Origin: Yuukianura sp. NJ FZ-2021
Lineage: Eukaryota
Length of the DNA: 64,000 nt
Assembly (NCBI GenBank): GCA_046563655.1
Contig: CM102289.1
Coordinates: 5,518,001 to 5,582,000, forward strand
Direction of reading: 5' to 3'
Each line of letters starts with the position of its first letter. The stretch's first letter is position 1. Position numbers and translations under genes: made by a program. Under the pieces are notes generated by a model. That model was not told the origin of the DNA. It did not search any database and saw nothing but the letters and a program-made list of their open reading frames with translations. This document shows, piece by piece, positions 13,301 to 26,597 of this stretch.

Positions 13301-14136
13301 ATTCTGTGGGAGTTCGGAATTCGCTCCTCCTCTATTCCTACGCCATTTGTGACTGGCGTGTGCGTCCTCTGGTTCTCGTCGCCAAGTTGTGGGCACAAGC
13401 ACAAGGAATTAATGACGCCAAATTGATGACCCTCTCCAGTTACTCCTTGGCTCTCATGGTGATCCATTATCTTCAGCATGGCGTGTCTCCACCAATTCTT
13501 CCATGTCTTCAGTTCACATATCCAGATCGGTTTGAGCAGTTGGCAGAACTGTGGAGGACGAAGAAGACGCTGTCAGACAAGGTCCCTGCTGTAGAGCATA
13601 TGGATAATGGAGAATGTCTTGGAGAACTTCTTGTAGGCTTCCTCGAGTATTTTGCAGTCAAGTTTGAGTAAGTTAACGTTTTGACATTTAGGTTGAAAAC
13701 GAAAGTGGTGCTGGGATCCGTTAACTTGAAGTTCTTTCCCTCACTTTTCAGTTATAGAACGAGCGCAGTTAGCGTACGAATTGGATCCACTATGACGATC
13801 CGATCGTGCTCAAATAACAGGGCACCGAAGAATGATGCATATCAATGGAAACACATTTGTATTGAAGGTATAATTTATTTGCTAAACGTAGATTTGAATT
13901 GTTTTGTTATGGTTTTACTTTCGTAATTTCAATTACTTCTAATTCTAGAACCGTTCGAGCTTACAAACACTGCCAGATCCGTTTACGACAAGGATTCGTT
14001 TGATCGAATACGAGGAGTGTTCTTTTCTTCGTGGCAGCGACTAGCCATTTCGCGAAATTTGGATACGATATTCCAGAGCATATCTCCAGCAGAAGCTCGA
14101 AGTATTGGAGCAAGAGCAAGACAATACAGCAACTAA
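10358..14136 (+). CDS. Gld2: Cytoplasmic poly(A) RNA polymerase GLD-2 homolog (TENT2/PAPD4 family), ~906 aa, 7 coding exons
   Basis: Model join(10358..10692,11059..12189,12571..12784,12856..12957,13033..13667,13752..13867,13949..14136). All introns are GT-AG with consistent phases, total 2721 nt. Nucleotidyltransferase motif GSTISGFGSNSSDVDMCL, AKVPILK, DLDINVNN, WAQAQGINDA, LSSYSLALMVIHYLQ and PAP-associated IEEPFELTNTARSV are present. Confidence 0.9.
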
Positions 14137-14717
14137 ATACTTACAGTTGGACAGTTATTCCAATTTATAATCTAATTTTCAATTACTACAGGGCTTCCAG
14201 TATTTAAGAATTAACGAATTAATTCTTGATTTCTCATTTTTTAAAATGTTCTGCCCTAAGTCATGTTTAGGTAAAGCTTCACAACAGTTGTAGAAGCTAA
14301 ACAGTGACTTTAGCCTCCTTGTGAGAATTTAACGCAGGCGAATGTATTTTTGGTCAGTCGAGTGTTTAGTGACTCAAGTGGAGCACTTTAGCACCAGGCG
14401 AAAGGGTAACGACTGGGATTTTCTCAACGGATTAATTTTTCGGCTTAATTATTCAACCATTCGTACATAATTAATTATCTACACCCTAATAATTGGCATT
14501 TATAACTCAAAAAATCAAAAGAAAAAATTTAAAACGAAACAAAATCTTAAAAAAAAAATAAAGGCAAACCAAAATCAAAATTTCCGGTGAAAATAATTTT
14601 TCTTTTAAAACCGTAAATTACTTTAGTATTTAGCACTATGTTTTTCGTTGGATTTCCAGCTATGAATTCCCCACTAGGTTTCTGTATATTTTTTATATTT
14701 TGCTTTTTTCAGGTTCT

Positions 14718-16079
14718 TCATTTTCCGCCAACTTCTGCAGCTCGGAACTGGACCAAGATGATTAGGTACGTAAACACTGTGGACAGAATCTAAAGCAGAA
14801 TAAAATTGATTATAATGTAATAATTTGTGCAGGATTCGAAAAATATCGAAGTTTCAAAAAATAGTGAAAGTGAAATCAGTCTTACGGTTGTGAGGAGGTG
14901 TCTGTCGATAGTAAGAAACTTGGCAGCATCTACACGAAGTGGCTCACGGTTCAGCTTGTTTGCGAACATTTGGAACTCCTGATGACACTGGAGCGATATC
15001 CGATTCGCGCTGGTGGAATACAACTTGTGTAATTCGTCTGAGATTTCCGAAGCTTCGGCTGAGAGCTGACTTCCCTCCGTTGTAATATTGTACAGAGATA
15101 CTATAAAGACTGACATTTGAAGATGCAAAGACGTTGAATCCATAACTCTGAAGTTTGAATACAGGGAAAGGAATGCGCAGACGATGATATTTAGGAAACA
15201 GAACAGACAATCGAGCAGCATACGTCGCCCAAAATAATTACTGAAGTCCTTTACTCCTGCGTCCACCTTCAGGTACAGCTTGTAGCAACTGCGCAATTCA
15301 TTTTCCAATAATCTGTTTTTTATTCGCGTCCGTTCTGACTCTGCAATTAATTCTGCATAACTAATTGTGTTTTGATTCAAGTTCCGCAGCTTCCGCTGGA
15401 TTTCCTGAAGCATTGCGACGTACACTTTAAGAAAGAAACACATCCAAATTCCTTGTCCAGCATGAAGCCACACTAGAGCAATGTTGATCGCCTGGACCAC
15501 AAGTGCAGGAGCTGAAAGCATCAATACGGTGACCCCGTGGTACATTAAGGCTGCTATCGGTATACCAGCTTTGATAACCAGGGCCAACAAAGAATTCCGA
15601 GTGGAACGCTTTAACGCTTCCAGATTACTATCCAACGCTGTGCCATTTTCGGATCCTGAAAAAGTCGTCAGAACAGCCCGAACAATGTCGGCACTCCTTG
15701 TCCAGAACTCAAGGGTAGCTTTTCTTGTCCAGATTCCATACATTCTTAAGTAAGTTCCAATCACCATAGTAAAGCCACCAAAGGTTTCCATAATCGTACG
15801 CTCAAGCCTGCCGTAGTCGCTGAAGAATGTGGCGAGCTCGTCGTAGTACAAGCACATAATGACCCACGCTGACCAGTTTGCCGCAATGATGAAACATTGG
15901 AGGCAGAAGGGAAGTGTCCAGAGTTTGGAACTGAGCTTCCCGTTGACTATACTCAAACCCAAGTAGGCGTTGAGCTGGACGGACAATACGGCATATTTGC
16001 CTACCTCTGCCAACTTCTTGGCTGAGTCAACTCGAGCCTTCCGTATTTCCGTGTAGTCTATTTTGCTAACAAGTTTCAT
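14718..16079 (-). CDS. Gustatory receptor (7TM chemoreceptor), copy 1 of 4, ~421 aa
   Basis: complement(join(14718..14789,14886..16079)). A long hydrophobic multi-TM exon is followed by a phase-0 intron and a terminal exon ILSTVFTYLIILVQFRAAEVGGK* carrying the GR signature TYxxxxxQF, preceded by AAKFLTIDR. Confidence 0.9.
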
Positions 16080-16889
16080 TGCAACTTATCCTGCTACTAC
16101 CGTGGTCCGAATTAATTGTCACAATTCCTGCAGCGATAATCACAATCAGCCTATTTACAATACGGGTATTACAATACCCGAGTTGTAACCGCGTTGAGAA
16201 GCAACATTTTTAATACAACGCAGTAACTATCTTTTGTTCCGAATTGAAATTTGACTAGTTATGTGAACGAAATTAATGTATTTAAGTGTGTTGAGTGCGC
16301 TGGCTTACAGGAACTTTGGTCTCTACGTATCCTCATTGTCTAAATATTAACTTCAACGAAGCATATCTTTTCAAGTAAATGACAAACAAATATTGGCGAG
16401 AGACTTGAAAGGTTATGAATTCAATAATTTCACAACTTTGAAAATAATAGATTCTCATTGTTCGAATCCAACATTTTATTTCGTAAAAGGAATGAAAGGC
16501 TGAAAGCTTTTTCCGAAATTAAAACTTTGCGAAGAATCTGCAATTTCTAAGAGCTTTGTAGAAGGTTCTGCTAGAACGTTGGTAAATACAACATTTGTAT
16601 TAAAATGTGTTTTCTTTGGCAAGTACATCGATTTTGAAGCCGTTTTTATTCGGTTTTTCTTTTCAAATGTCAACTGTTTCTAATTCAAGTTACGTCAAAA
16701 TTAAATGACAATCTTTTTTAAAAAATTCATTAGACGCCCAATTTTTCTGTTGAAGTTTTTCTAAATTCTTAAGAACATATCTTTTTAGCTATGTGAAAAA
16801 CTACTTAATATTTTTTTCAACTTGCAAGTTCCAACTACGAAGTTGTCTTTTGGATTTACTGCACATACTAAATATACAATTTAGTATTT

Positions 16890-18236
16890 TCAGGTTTTTC
16901 GTTGCTCTGCGTCATTTTCTGCAGCTCGAAACTGGACCAGGATGATGAGGTACGTAAACACTGTCGACAGAATCTAAGAACCAGAATCATGTAACAAAAT
17001 ATTGACATCTACAATACTTTGGATATGGTCAAAAATGAAGTTAAGTCTTACTGTTGTGAGGATGCGTCTGTTGATATTAAAGTACTTAGCAGCATCTACG
17101 CTAAGCGGATCATGGCTCAGTTTGGTTGCGAACATTTGAAACTCCTGATGACTCTGGAACGATACGCGATGCCCGATGACCGAGTACAACTTGTGCAATT
17201 CGTCCGAAATTTCCGAAGATCTAGTGGAAAGTTGACTTCCTTCAGAGGTAAGGTTGTAAAGAGATATGGCAAAAACAGACATTTGAAGATACAGAGCCAT
17301 GTAATCGGTAACTTGGAAGTTGGTATGAAGGGAAAGGAATGCACAGAGAATGACGTACAGGAAAGAGACCAGGCTATCGAGCAGAAGGCGTCCTCCGAAG
17401 CATTCAGTGAAATTCTTTACCTCCGCGTCCACCTTCAGGTACAATTTGTAGCAACTGTGCAGTTCAGTTTCCATTCGACGCATTTGCTCTAGCCCTCCAT
17501 TTGAACTGTCGTAACCTATTGTATCATTCAGATTTTTCAGTTTCCGGCGGATTTCTCGGAGCAGAGCGTTGTATATCTTAAGGAAGAAGCACATCCAAAC
17601 CCCCTGTCCAACGTGTGCCAGCTGCAAAAGCATAGCAAAGATATGTGCCGCAAGTACCACAGATGAGAACCTCGCAAAAGCCACGGAATAGTACGTGAGG
17701 CTTCCAGCTACACTAGCTAGTTGCAGTACCAGAATGAAAAAAGTATTCCGAGTGGAACGCTTCACGGCATTTAGACTCTTGTCCAACGCTGTGCCATTTG
17801 TGAATTCTGGATAACTCGTTAGAAATGCTTCGAGAATGTTGGCATTTCTTGTCCAGAACGCAAGGGTAGCCGTCCTGTTGCGGAGTCCACAGATACGCGA
17901 ATACGTACCAATGACCCCTGTAATACCACCCGCAATATCGAGAACTACTCGCTCTGTGCGACTAAAGCCAGCGTAGAATCTCGATACTTCGTCCATATTT
18001 AGCCGAGCAATGACCGCTGACGCACAGTTTGCGACGTTGATGAGAACCTGGACGCAGAAGGAAAATGTGAAGAATTTGGCGCTAAGCTTTCCATTAACAA
18101 CGCTCAGGCCTAAGTAGGCATTAAACTGAACGGCCAAGATGGCGTATTTACCGGCATTTGCCAGCTTTTTCTCTACGTCAATTGGAGATGGAGGCTTCCG
18201 CGCCTCGAGAAATGTTTTTTGGCTAGCAACCTTCAT
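16890..18236 (-). CDS. Gustatory receptor, copy 2 of 4, ~422 aa
   Basis: complement(join(16890..16973,17052..18236)). Terminal exon ILSTVFTYLIILVQFRAAENDAEQRKT*. Paralogous to its neighbours over the full length. Confidence 0.9.
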
Positions 18237-18300
18237 TGAAACAGCCTCTACTGCAGTGGGTCGAAATTATTTTCCAGTTCTAATTTTTTTTCGACCTTAT

Positions 18301-18314
18301 TGACTCAATTTATA
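18301..18314 (-). promoter_or_regulatory. TATAAA followed by TGAGTCA, ~65-80 bp upstream of the GR start codon; conserved in GR copies 2, 3 (20825-20838) and 4 (23184-23197)
   Basis: The minus strand reads TATAAA(T/A)TGAGTCA at the same position upstream of three paralogs whose surrounding sequence has diverged. Confidence 0.5.
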
Positions 18315-19395
18315 ACATGGGCTTCACTAAATTTTGTTGTCGCTCAACATGGAAGCCATCACCGCCCCGAAAACATACAAGGAAGAAGTATCTTTTGTTC
18401 CAAATTGACATTAGGCTGATTAGGTTAACGGAAAAACAACATTAACTTGCTTCCAGACCTCTCTTCATATCAACTGTTTGCAAAACCATTTCTAAGTACC
18501 CTCATTGTTTAGTTTAAACCAAGCATGTCCGTTTTCAAGTCAGCGGCAAACAAATGTTATCCGAAGACTTGAAATGTTGTCAAATTCAAACTTTTGATAC
18601 AATGAGTATTCAAGCAACATATTTATTTAGCATTATTAAGTAGCAAAATTTGGCCGCTGCTTTATGTTTTCTCCGAGTTTGTCCGCGTGTCCGGCCGGTC
18701 GTATGTCTGGCGACTACTCACAATACTATTCACCACTAAACCGATATTCACTCTCTCTTTGTCTTTACAAATTGATTCCGATTTGACCGCCACTAAAGAG
18801 CCTCCAATCAAGGTCAAATACTTTTCTTAGCGACAATGAATAAGATGACCTCTAAAAGCTTTCTTTCAGCTGTTACAACTGTGTATTTGACTAGGCCGAC
18901 ACTTTTATATCTCCGCAAAACCGCTAACACCGTTGAAAAACAAATAGCTCGTCAAAACAATTTACCATTGGAACTGGAAAAATGGTGGTGATGAAGTTGA
19001 CATTTCTGAAAGCGCTGTAGATGGTTCTGCTTAAACGTCTAAAACATTTCTATTAAAAGTACGTTTTGTTTGAAAAAATACTAACGTCGATTTTGAAGGT
19101 GTGCTTTTTATTGTGTTTTCCCTGTCACAATTCCAACTGTTTCGTATAATTACAGAAGTTACATTACAAAAAAAAATTATTTTAAACAGCCGAGCGAAAG
19201 TGTAATTTGTAATTAAAATTAGTAACTATAATTAGTAAATTCTCTTTTGTTTTAAAGAATATGGTTTCTAGAAATGCCAAACATAACGTATACGTCACGT
19301 CATTTCAAGCGGTTCTTTCCTTCAATGTCTTTGTCCGAATCTTTGCCAATTTACTGCACATTGAAATAAATCTTCCATTTCGTAATTTAGATTTC

Positions 19396-20761
19396 TCATT
19401 GTCCTCCACTACCCTCTCCAGCTCGAAACTGGACCAGGACGATTAGGTAAGTAAACAGTGTCGACAGAATCTAGAAGTAGAACCAAATATGAACAAAATT
19501 GGTAAATATAAATAGTTAGTAAAGGACTCTCCAAAAATCAAGCCTCATGAAAAATTAAGTTTAGTCTTACGGTTGTGAGGATGCGTCTGTTGATAGTAAA
19601 GAACTTGGCAGCATCTATGTCAAGTGGGTCATGACTCAGTTTGGTTGCGAACATTTGGAACTCCTGATGACTCTGGAACGATATTCGATTTCCTATGGCG
19701 GAATACAGCTTGTGCACTTCGTCTGAGATTTGCGATGATTTAGTGGATATTTTACTCCCCTCAGAGGTAATGTTGTACAGACACAGAGCAAAAACAGACA
19801 GTTGAAGGCATATTCCCCAATAATCGAAAAGTGTGAAGGTGGTACGCAGGCAAAGGAAAGCACAGAAAATGATATTACTGAAACAGACTAATCCGTCAAT
19901 TAAGAGACGTCGTCCGAAGAAATTGCTGAAGTTTTTTACCTCTGCGTCCACCTTCAAATACAGCCCGTAGCAAATGTGAATCTCTGTTTCTATCCAATCG
20001 CTTCCGGTCCATATTCGTTCTGGTACTCCTTTTTTATTTGCATAGCAATTTGTGTTCAATTCCATCAGCTTCCGCTGGATTTCCTGAAGCAGAATGCTAT
20101 ACACCTTCAGGAAGAAGCACATCCAAATTCCCTGTCCAGCATGGCCCAAAATCATACACGAAATAAAGGCCTGTGCCGTAAGTACCTTTGCTGAGAACTT
20201 CGCAATAGTCACCGAGTAGAATACACAGCCTCCTACTGCTGCAATTAGTTGGACTACAAGAACCAAAAAAGAATTCCGCGTGGAACGTCTGACGTCATCC
20301 AATTTTGTCTCTAACGCAGTGTTATTTTTTGCTGCTGGACAGCTCAAAAATTCCTGAAGAATGTCAACAGTCCTTGTCCACAACGCAAGAGTGGCTTTTC
20401 TGGTGCAGAGGCCGTAGATACGCAGATACATACCGATGGTTTCTGAAAAACTCCCGACGACATCCGTAAGCAAACGCTCAGTGCGACCGAAGTTGCTGTA
20501 GAAATTCGCGACCTCGTCATAATTGAGTCCAATGATGACCCATGCAGCCAAGTTTGCGAGGCTGATTAGACACTGGACGCAGAAGGAAAGCGTCCAGAAT
20601 TTGGAACTCAACTTTCCATCGGCTACACCCAGTCCCAAGTAGGCGTTGAACTGAACCGCCAATATAGCGTATTTACCTGCCTCTGCCAACTTTTTCGCTG
20701 CGTCAATTGGAACTGGAGGCTTCGGTGCCTCGGTAATTCCTATTTTGCTAACACCCTTCAT
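19396..20761 (-). CDS. Gustatory receptor, copy 3 of 4, ~421 aa
   Basis: complement(join(19396..19470,19571..20761)). Terminal exon ILSTLFTYLIVLVQFRAGEGSGGQ*. Confidence 0.9.
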
Positions 20762-21754
20762 TGAAACTTCTGCTGCTGCTGTGTTTCGAATTTAGTTTAC
20801 AATTCTAATATTTTTCGACCTGGATGACTCAATTTATAACAAGGACTTCACTAAATTTGGTTTCCGTTCAACGTGGATAAGTCGTGATCGCCCAGAAAAC
20901 AAACATTGTTTCATCCAAGGCAGAAGTTTCTTTTGTTCCAAATTCACATTAGGCTGATTGAAGATTAGGCTGATTAAGCTGAAACCAAAAGAATCATTAC
21001 TTTACGTTCGGACATTCCTTCAACACGTCTGTTTCGAAATGAAGTATTTCTAAAAGTACGGTGATTGTTTAGTTTAAACCGAGCGTGTCACACATATCCA
21101 AATAGAAGACAAACATAATATAATCTTCAAACCTTGAAAAGTTGTCAAATTAAAAAATTTTGACGACTTTCACTACAATGGATGTTTATGAACCATTCTT
21201 CTTTAGCTTTATTAAGTAGTGAACCTTATAGGCTACTTATTGTTTTTGTCCAAATTTGAATGTGTGTCCTACCGTCCGTGTGTCTGGCTACTGGTTACAA
21301 TACAATTGGTCTGGAACAACCAAAAATCGAAGTTGAAAAACGTCGAAAATTTGTCATTGGAAATGAAGAGATGGCGACGAAATTTGCGAAAGTTTCGCTG
21401 GAGATTCTGCTGAAACGCTTAAGACATATTTTTACTTAAATGTACGTTTTCTTTGATAAACACTACGTTAATTTTGATGCGCTCCTTTTTATTGTGTCTT
21501 TTTCTTTCTCCTCTTATAATTCCAACTGAACTGTTTGTGGTATCAATGTTACATTAAAATTAAGTTAATAAGTCTAGTCCTTCTGTATATTTTTTTTAAT
21601 TTAGAAAACATAATGTTCCAAAAAGGATAAGCATATTGTATATTCGTATACGGAACGTCGTGAAAGGACGTTTGATCTTTCAATTTCCAACTCCGAATCT
21701 TTACCGATTAATTGCAAGTGACTACAAATTTTCCAATTCTTATTTTAGTTTTAC

Positions 21755-23115
21755 TCATTGTCCTCCCTCTTTAGCTTGAAACTGGACCAGGATAATGAGG
21801 TAGGTAGACAGTGTCGACAGCATCTAGAACCGGAACCAAATATAAATAAAATCAATTAAATATTGATAATTATGATAGGATTCGTTAACAGTGAATAACT
21901 ATGAAAAGTGAAGTTTAGAATTACGGTAGTGAGTATGCGTCTGTTGATAGTAAAGAACTTGGCAGCATCTACGGTAAGCGGATCACGGTGCAGCTTGCTT
22001 GCAAACATTTGGAAATCCTGTTGACACTGGAACGATATTCGGTTTCCAATGGCCGAATACAACTTGTGCAATTCGTCTGAGATTTCCGAAGATTCAGTGG
22101 ATATTCTACTTCCGTCAGAGGTAATTTTGTAGAGAGGTAGGACAAAGACTGACATTTGAAGGCATATTCCGAGGCATTCGAAAACTTTGAAGGTGGTATG
22201 GAGGCAAAGGAATGCAGAAAGAATGATATTAAAGAAGCTGACCATAGCGCCCACTAAGAGACGTCGTCCGAACCAATTGTTGTAGTTTTTTATCTCTGCG
22301 TCCACCTTCAAGTACAGTCCGTAGCAATTGCGTAGCTCTGTTTCCATTGGTCCGCCTTTTGTATAACCTCGTCCTCCGTTTACGTCTGCATAACTGTATG
22401 TATATGTCTTCAGCTCCATCAGCCTCCGCTGGATTTCCAGGAGCAGAGCGCTATACACCTTAAGGAAGAAACGCATCCAGATCCCGTGCCCAGCATGGGC
22501 CAAAACCATGCACGCAATAAAGCTCTGGGCCAGAAGTACATCGGTTGATAACTTCGCAACTGCCACCGAGTACCACACACAGCCTGCCAATGATGCACAT
22601 AGTTGGACTAGAAGCATCAAAAAGGAATTCCGAATGGAACGCCTCACGTCATCAAGACTTTTCAAAAGCGCAGTGCTACTTTTTGTTGCTGAAGAGCACA
22701 AGAAGTCCTGGAGAATGTCAATATTCCTAGTCCACAACGCAAGAGTGGCTTTTCTGTTGCAGAGTCCATAGATACGCAGATACGTACCGATGGCTGCTGT
22801 AAAACTCCCAATGCAATGCATAAGCATTCGCTCAATCCGACCGAAGTCTGTGAAGAATTTCGAGACTTCGTCATAGTAGAGCCCAATAATTACCCATGAT
22901 GCCCAGCTTGCGACGTTGATGAGACACTGGACGCAGAAGGAAAGCGTCCAGAATTTGGAACTCAACTTTCCATGGACCACGCTAAGTGTCAAGTAGGCGT
23001 TGATCTGAACCGCCAATATGGCATATTTACCCGCCTCTGCCAACTTTTTCTCTGCATCAATTGGAACTGGAGGCTTCTGTACCTCGGTAAATTCTATTTT
23101 GCTTGCAACCTTCAT
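21755..23115 (-). CDS. Gustatory receptor, copy 4 of 4, ~419 aa
   Basis: complement(join(21755..21823,21925..23115)). Terminal exon MLSTLSTYLIILVQFQAKEGGQ*. Confidence 0.9.
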
Positions 23116-23899
23116 TGAAAGTGAAACTGCTCTTGCTACAGTGGTTGGAATTTATTTAAGTTTTCATTTATTGTGGATTGGGATGACTCATTTTATAATA
23201 TGGGCGACGCAAAAAAGAGAGAAAATTTTCTGTTTGTTTGTAAAATAGATTATCCGCCCCGAAAATAAACAGTCTCTCATACATTCTGAATTCACATTAG
23301 GGAGGTTAGTTGAACGAAAAAATACATTAATTGACTCCGGGCATTTACTTAAAAAGACTGTTTCCAAGTTATGCTCATTGTTTCACCTAAACCAAGCATG
23401 CAACATATTTGCAAGTGCAGACAAAGGTACCCAAAAACTTCTACCTATCTCCCCAACTCGAAGCTTTGACAACTTTGAAAACAATTATGCTAAAACAAAT
23501 TATTTCGTTAGTTCTCTTTTGTGCAATGTTGAAAAGTAAGTGCGCAAACTGTAACAAAAATGTCAGAGATGAAAAAATTTTATTTCCAAATTAGAAAAAA
23601 AAATTGTGATGATGAATCCGCAATTTCCAACAGCTCGATCCAAGGTTTCCCCTGAATCCCGAGATTTGCGTGATAAATCGGTTGATTTGTGAATGTGTAA
23701 CAGGGCATGACGTTAAGTCAGTTTTAGATAAAACGACGTCTTATCAGTGCGATTGTTTGATTTCGCATGACTGTATTTCAATGACAACTGCCAATTTGAA
23801 TGTTCAACTCTCAGTGAGTTCTTCTGTGCCAAAATAAAATTAGGACGGAGGAATTTTTAAATCGGTGTCTGCATTAAAAACGTTTCATAATCTGAAGAA

Positions 23900-24180
23900 A
23901 TGGGAAATAAGAATTCATACAATCTGAGTGAGGCAGATGGAGCTGTGAAGAGGATCAACCACGCCAGCGGAAAACTCAACGAAGTGCCAACGGCAGTCAT
24001 TCCCGTAAACCAACCTCCGGAAAAAGATCCGACACCTCACAGCTCTCAAAAAAGTACTGGGAATTTCAACAAAAAATCTTTAAAAAAATTAAAATTTTAG
24101 AAGAGTGTTAACTTTTGAATGAATTTGTTTTAGAAGCGAAAACTAACGATGAGAAAGACCGGGTGGAGGAAGTGAAGTAA
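23900..24180 (+). CDS. Candidate 66-aa two-exon protein with an N-myristoylation consensus (MGNKNS...)
   Basis: join(23900..24053,24134..24180) with an AT-rich 80-nt GT-AG intron. Translation MGNKNSYNLSEADGAVKRINHASGKLNEVPTAVIPVNQPPEKDPTPHSSQKKAKTNDEKDRVEEVK*. AATAAA at about 24301. No family recognised. Confidence 0.45.
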
Positions 24181-26597
24181 AAGAAACCATGAAGACTAAA
24201 ATGTTGTTTTGAGAAGATAAATAGGAATGTCATACCGAAACTGAATCTTTATCATAAGTGTGCCAAATATTTCAAATGAAGGTATTTCACAAGTAAACAA
24301 AATAAACACTGCTATTTTAGTTGTTACACTTTAGTTTTGGAGCACTTTCATTTTTGAGTGGGAGATTTGAATCTGTTAGGAAATGGCACAGCTTGAGCTA
24401 AAAATCATCATCGTGCAAGATCTAAAATCTCAAGGTTCGCATTATTACTGTTTCTGCTTTTTAGCGTAATCATACATTCATTTCCCTCCGTAATCTTACC
24501 ATGTAAATCACCTGAGTCATGTTACTTTAGGGGACACTTAAGGGTACTCTTGTGACATCTGAGGGAAAGTGACTTCGTTTTAATGTAGCTTTTACTTCCA
24601 CCCTCACGTACCGTCGTCTCGAATTTAGTGATTAACATTTGTGGTGAATGTCAATTAGAGAGAAAACAACAATGTCTGGTTCTGCAACAATTTTGGGCAT
24701 TTGATGGCACAAGGGGGCGGAAAACATGTCAAGGACTGTCATCCATTTTCACTTTCTTCATTCCCGCCATTATTTCGCTGCTGCGTATCGAGTAGGGTTT
24801 GCGCAAACGCAGAACACATCAATTTCCAAGTCATGCTTCTGTTCTTTCCAAACGCCCACGCAATTGCAACTTTTGTTTACAGCTCACGAGTCACGATGCA
24901 ATTGAAATCGACACTGATCGGATTTGACGTATTTTGTTCCCGTTGGACTACCTCGGTCTTCGATCACATCAAAGTGACAGTCAATTTATGCAAGAGTTGC
25001 ATAATTGCATTTTGTCAGTTCAGAAGGACTGAAGAAAGTGCAATCCCATCAGCCAGCAGGGAAGTGGTCTGCTCAATAGCAAAAGTTTCCAATTCACGCT
25101 GCGGGAATTTTAGAAAATTCGACTTTCGAAGTTTTCAAAATTTAATTTCGGACAATCTTGAGCGAAAGTTATCCTCCAATTGATTGTTCAGTCAGTACAC
25201 TCCGGAAAATCAGTTGATTGAACTCTGGAATGTTACAAATAAAACGATGGAAAAAATTCTTTTGTTCTATTTTGGTGGAAAACAAAAAAATATTTCCGGT
25301 TGGACACTCATCGCGTAAAACGAGTCACCCATTACATGAATCATTTCGAAAAAGAAATTAAAAATAAAACATTTTTTTTTTTCGAAATTTCGGAATTTAA
25401 CTAAATGTTTGCAGTAGTAGTTTAAAGTTAAGTAATTTAGTTTAGTTTTATTTAATGCCCCAATGACATTGCAATGTCAATATTCAAAAACCATGAAATT
25501 GGCCAAATTATTTTGAGCAAACCGGTGAATAAATTGGGCGCGTCGAATTGCAAGGATTGTTGATTTTTTTTTGGCTGGCAATTAATTTTATAACGAACAT
25601 CCCAAAAAATTCCTTCTACAGAAAAAAATAGTAAAAGTAATGAACAAATTTAAATCATGAAAAACATTTCGAATTTGTACATAACGGTGGTAGGAAACTC
25701 TTAAGCTACTTTTTACACCAAAATCTTAATTTTTATTCTCATCTGTACGTGTGGACGAGATTTTCACGAATTCAGCACGCAACATTCACTTCGTGCATGC
25801 GCATTGCTTTTATTATTGAAATTGCTCTTATGCATTTCCTGTATTTTCAAACAAAGAATTGAAAAAAAAAATGAAAGCCGCAAGCATTTTTGATCTTCAG
25901 TTTGTCACTCTCGGAGATGCTGTTGATGACAGTTGCAGTCATTTGCATTTGGTTTACTCAGGAACATCTTCGAAGTGTCTACTATGACGCAGTGGCGGGG
26001 GGAACTGAACTCTGTAAAAAAAAGAATCCATTTGTTGGGAAATGTGTATCTAACAGTTACATTCCCTAACTGTACCTTCCTCCTCTTAAGAGCACAACCA
26101 TTGTTGCACACCAACAATAATCCACCGAACTTACAAACACTTCGTCAGTCACTCCGGCTCCACCGTCCAACGCACGCGCATACTCCCATGGAAGTAACAA
26201 TAAGGGCTTGACAACAATTGCCTAAGGACCCTTCGGCCTAGAGCACTTCAAGTTAATGTGTTTGTGTTGTTGAAACTGTTTGTCACACCTCTACGGTTCA
26301 TGCACGTCGGCATGTCAGTGGACTCCGATTGGCCAAGTCATTGTCTCTGAGTTGGTGACACAGTGGAAGTGGACCTTGTCCATTGAGCAATCGCTTTCGT
26401 ATGCGTAGAGTGACATGCTAAGCAGAAGCGGAACTAGGAAATTGCAGGGTATCGTGATGCCATTGCCCAAGAGGTAAGTGAGGTCACATTGACTTTGAGT
26501 TTGACAGTTTGAAGCTGGGTCACCACTTCCTCGCAGAAGGCGTTTGGAAGGCGCATGTGTAAAGTCATTTTTGGCAAGGTGCAAGGTCGTCGTCCTA

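Noticed and set aside
16155..16188. Small imperfect palindrome upstream of GR copy 1
   Set aside because: It is short, absent from the three paralogous promoters, and compatible with chance or a local inversion-duplication.
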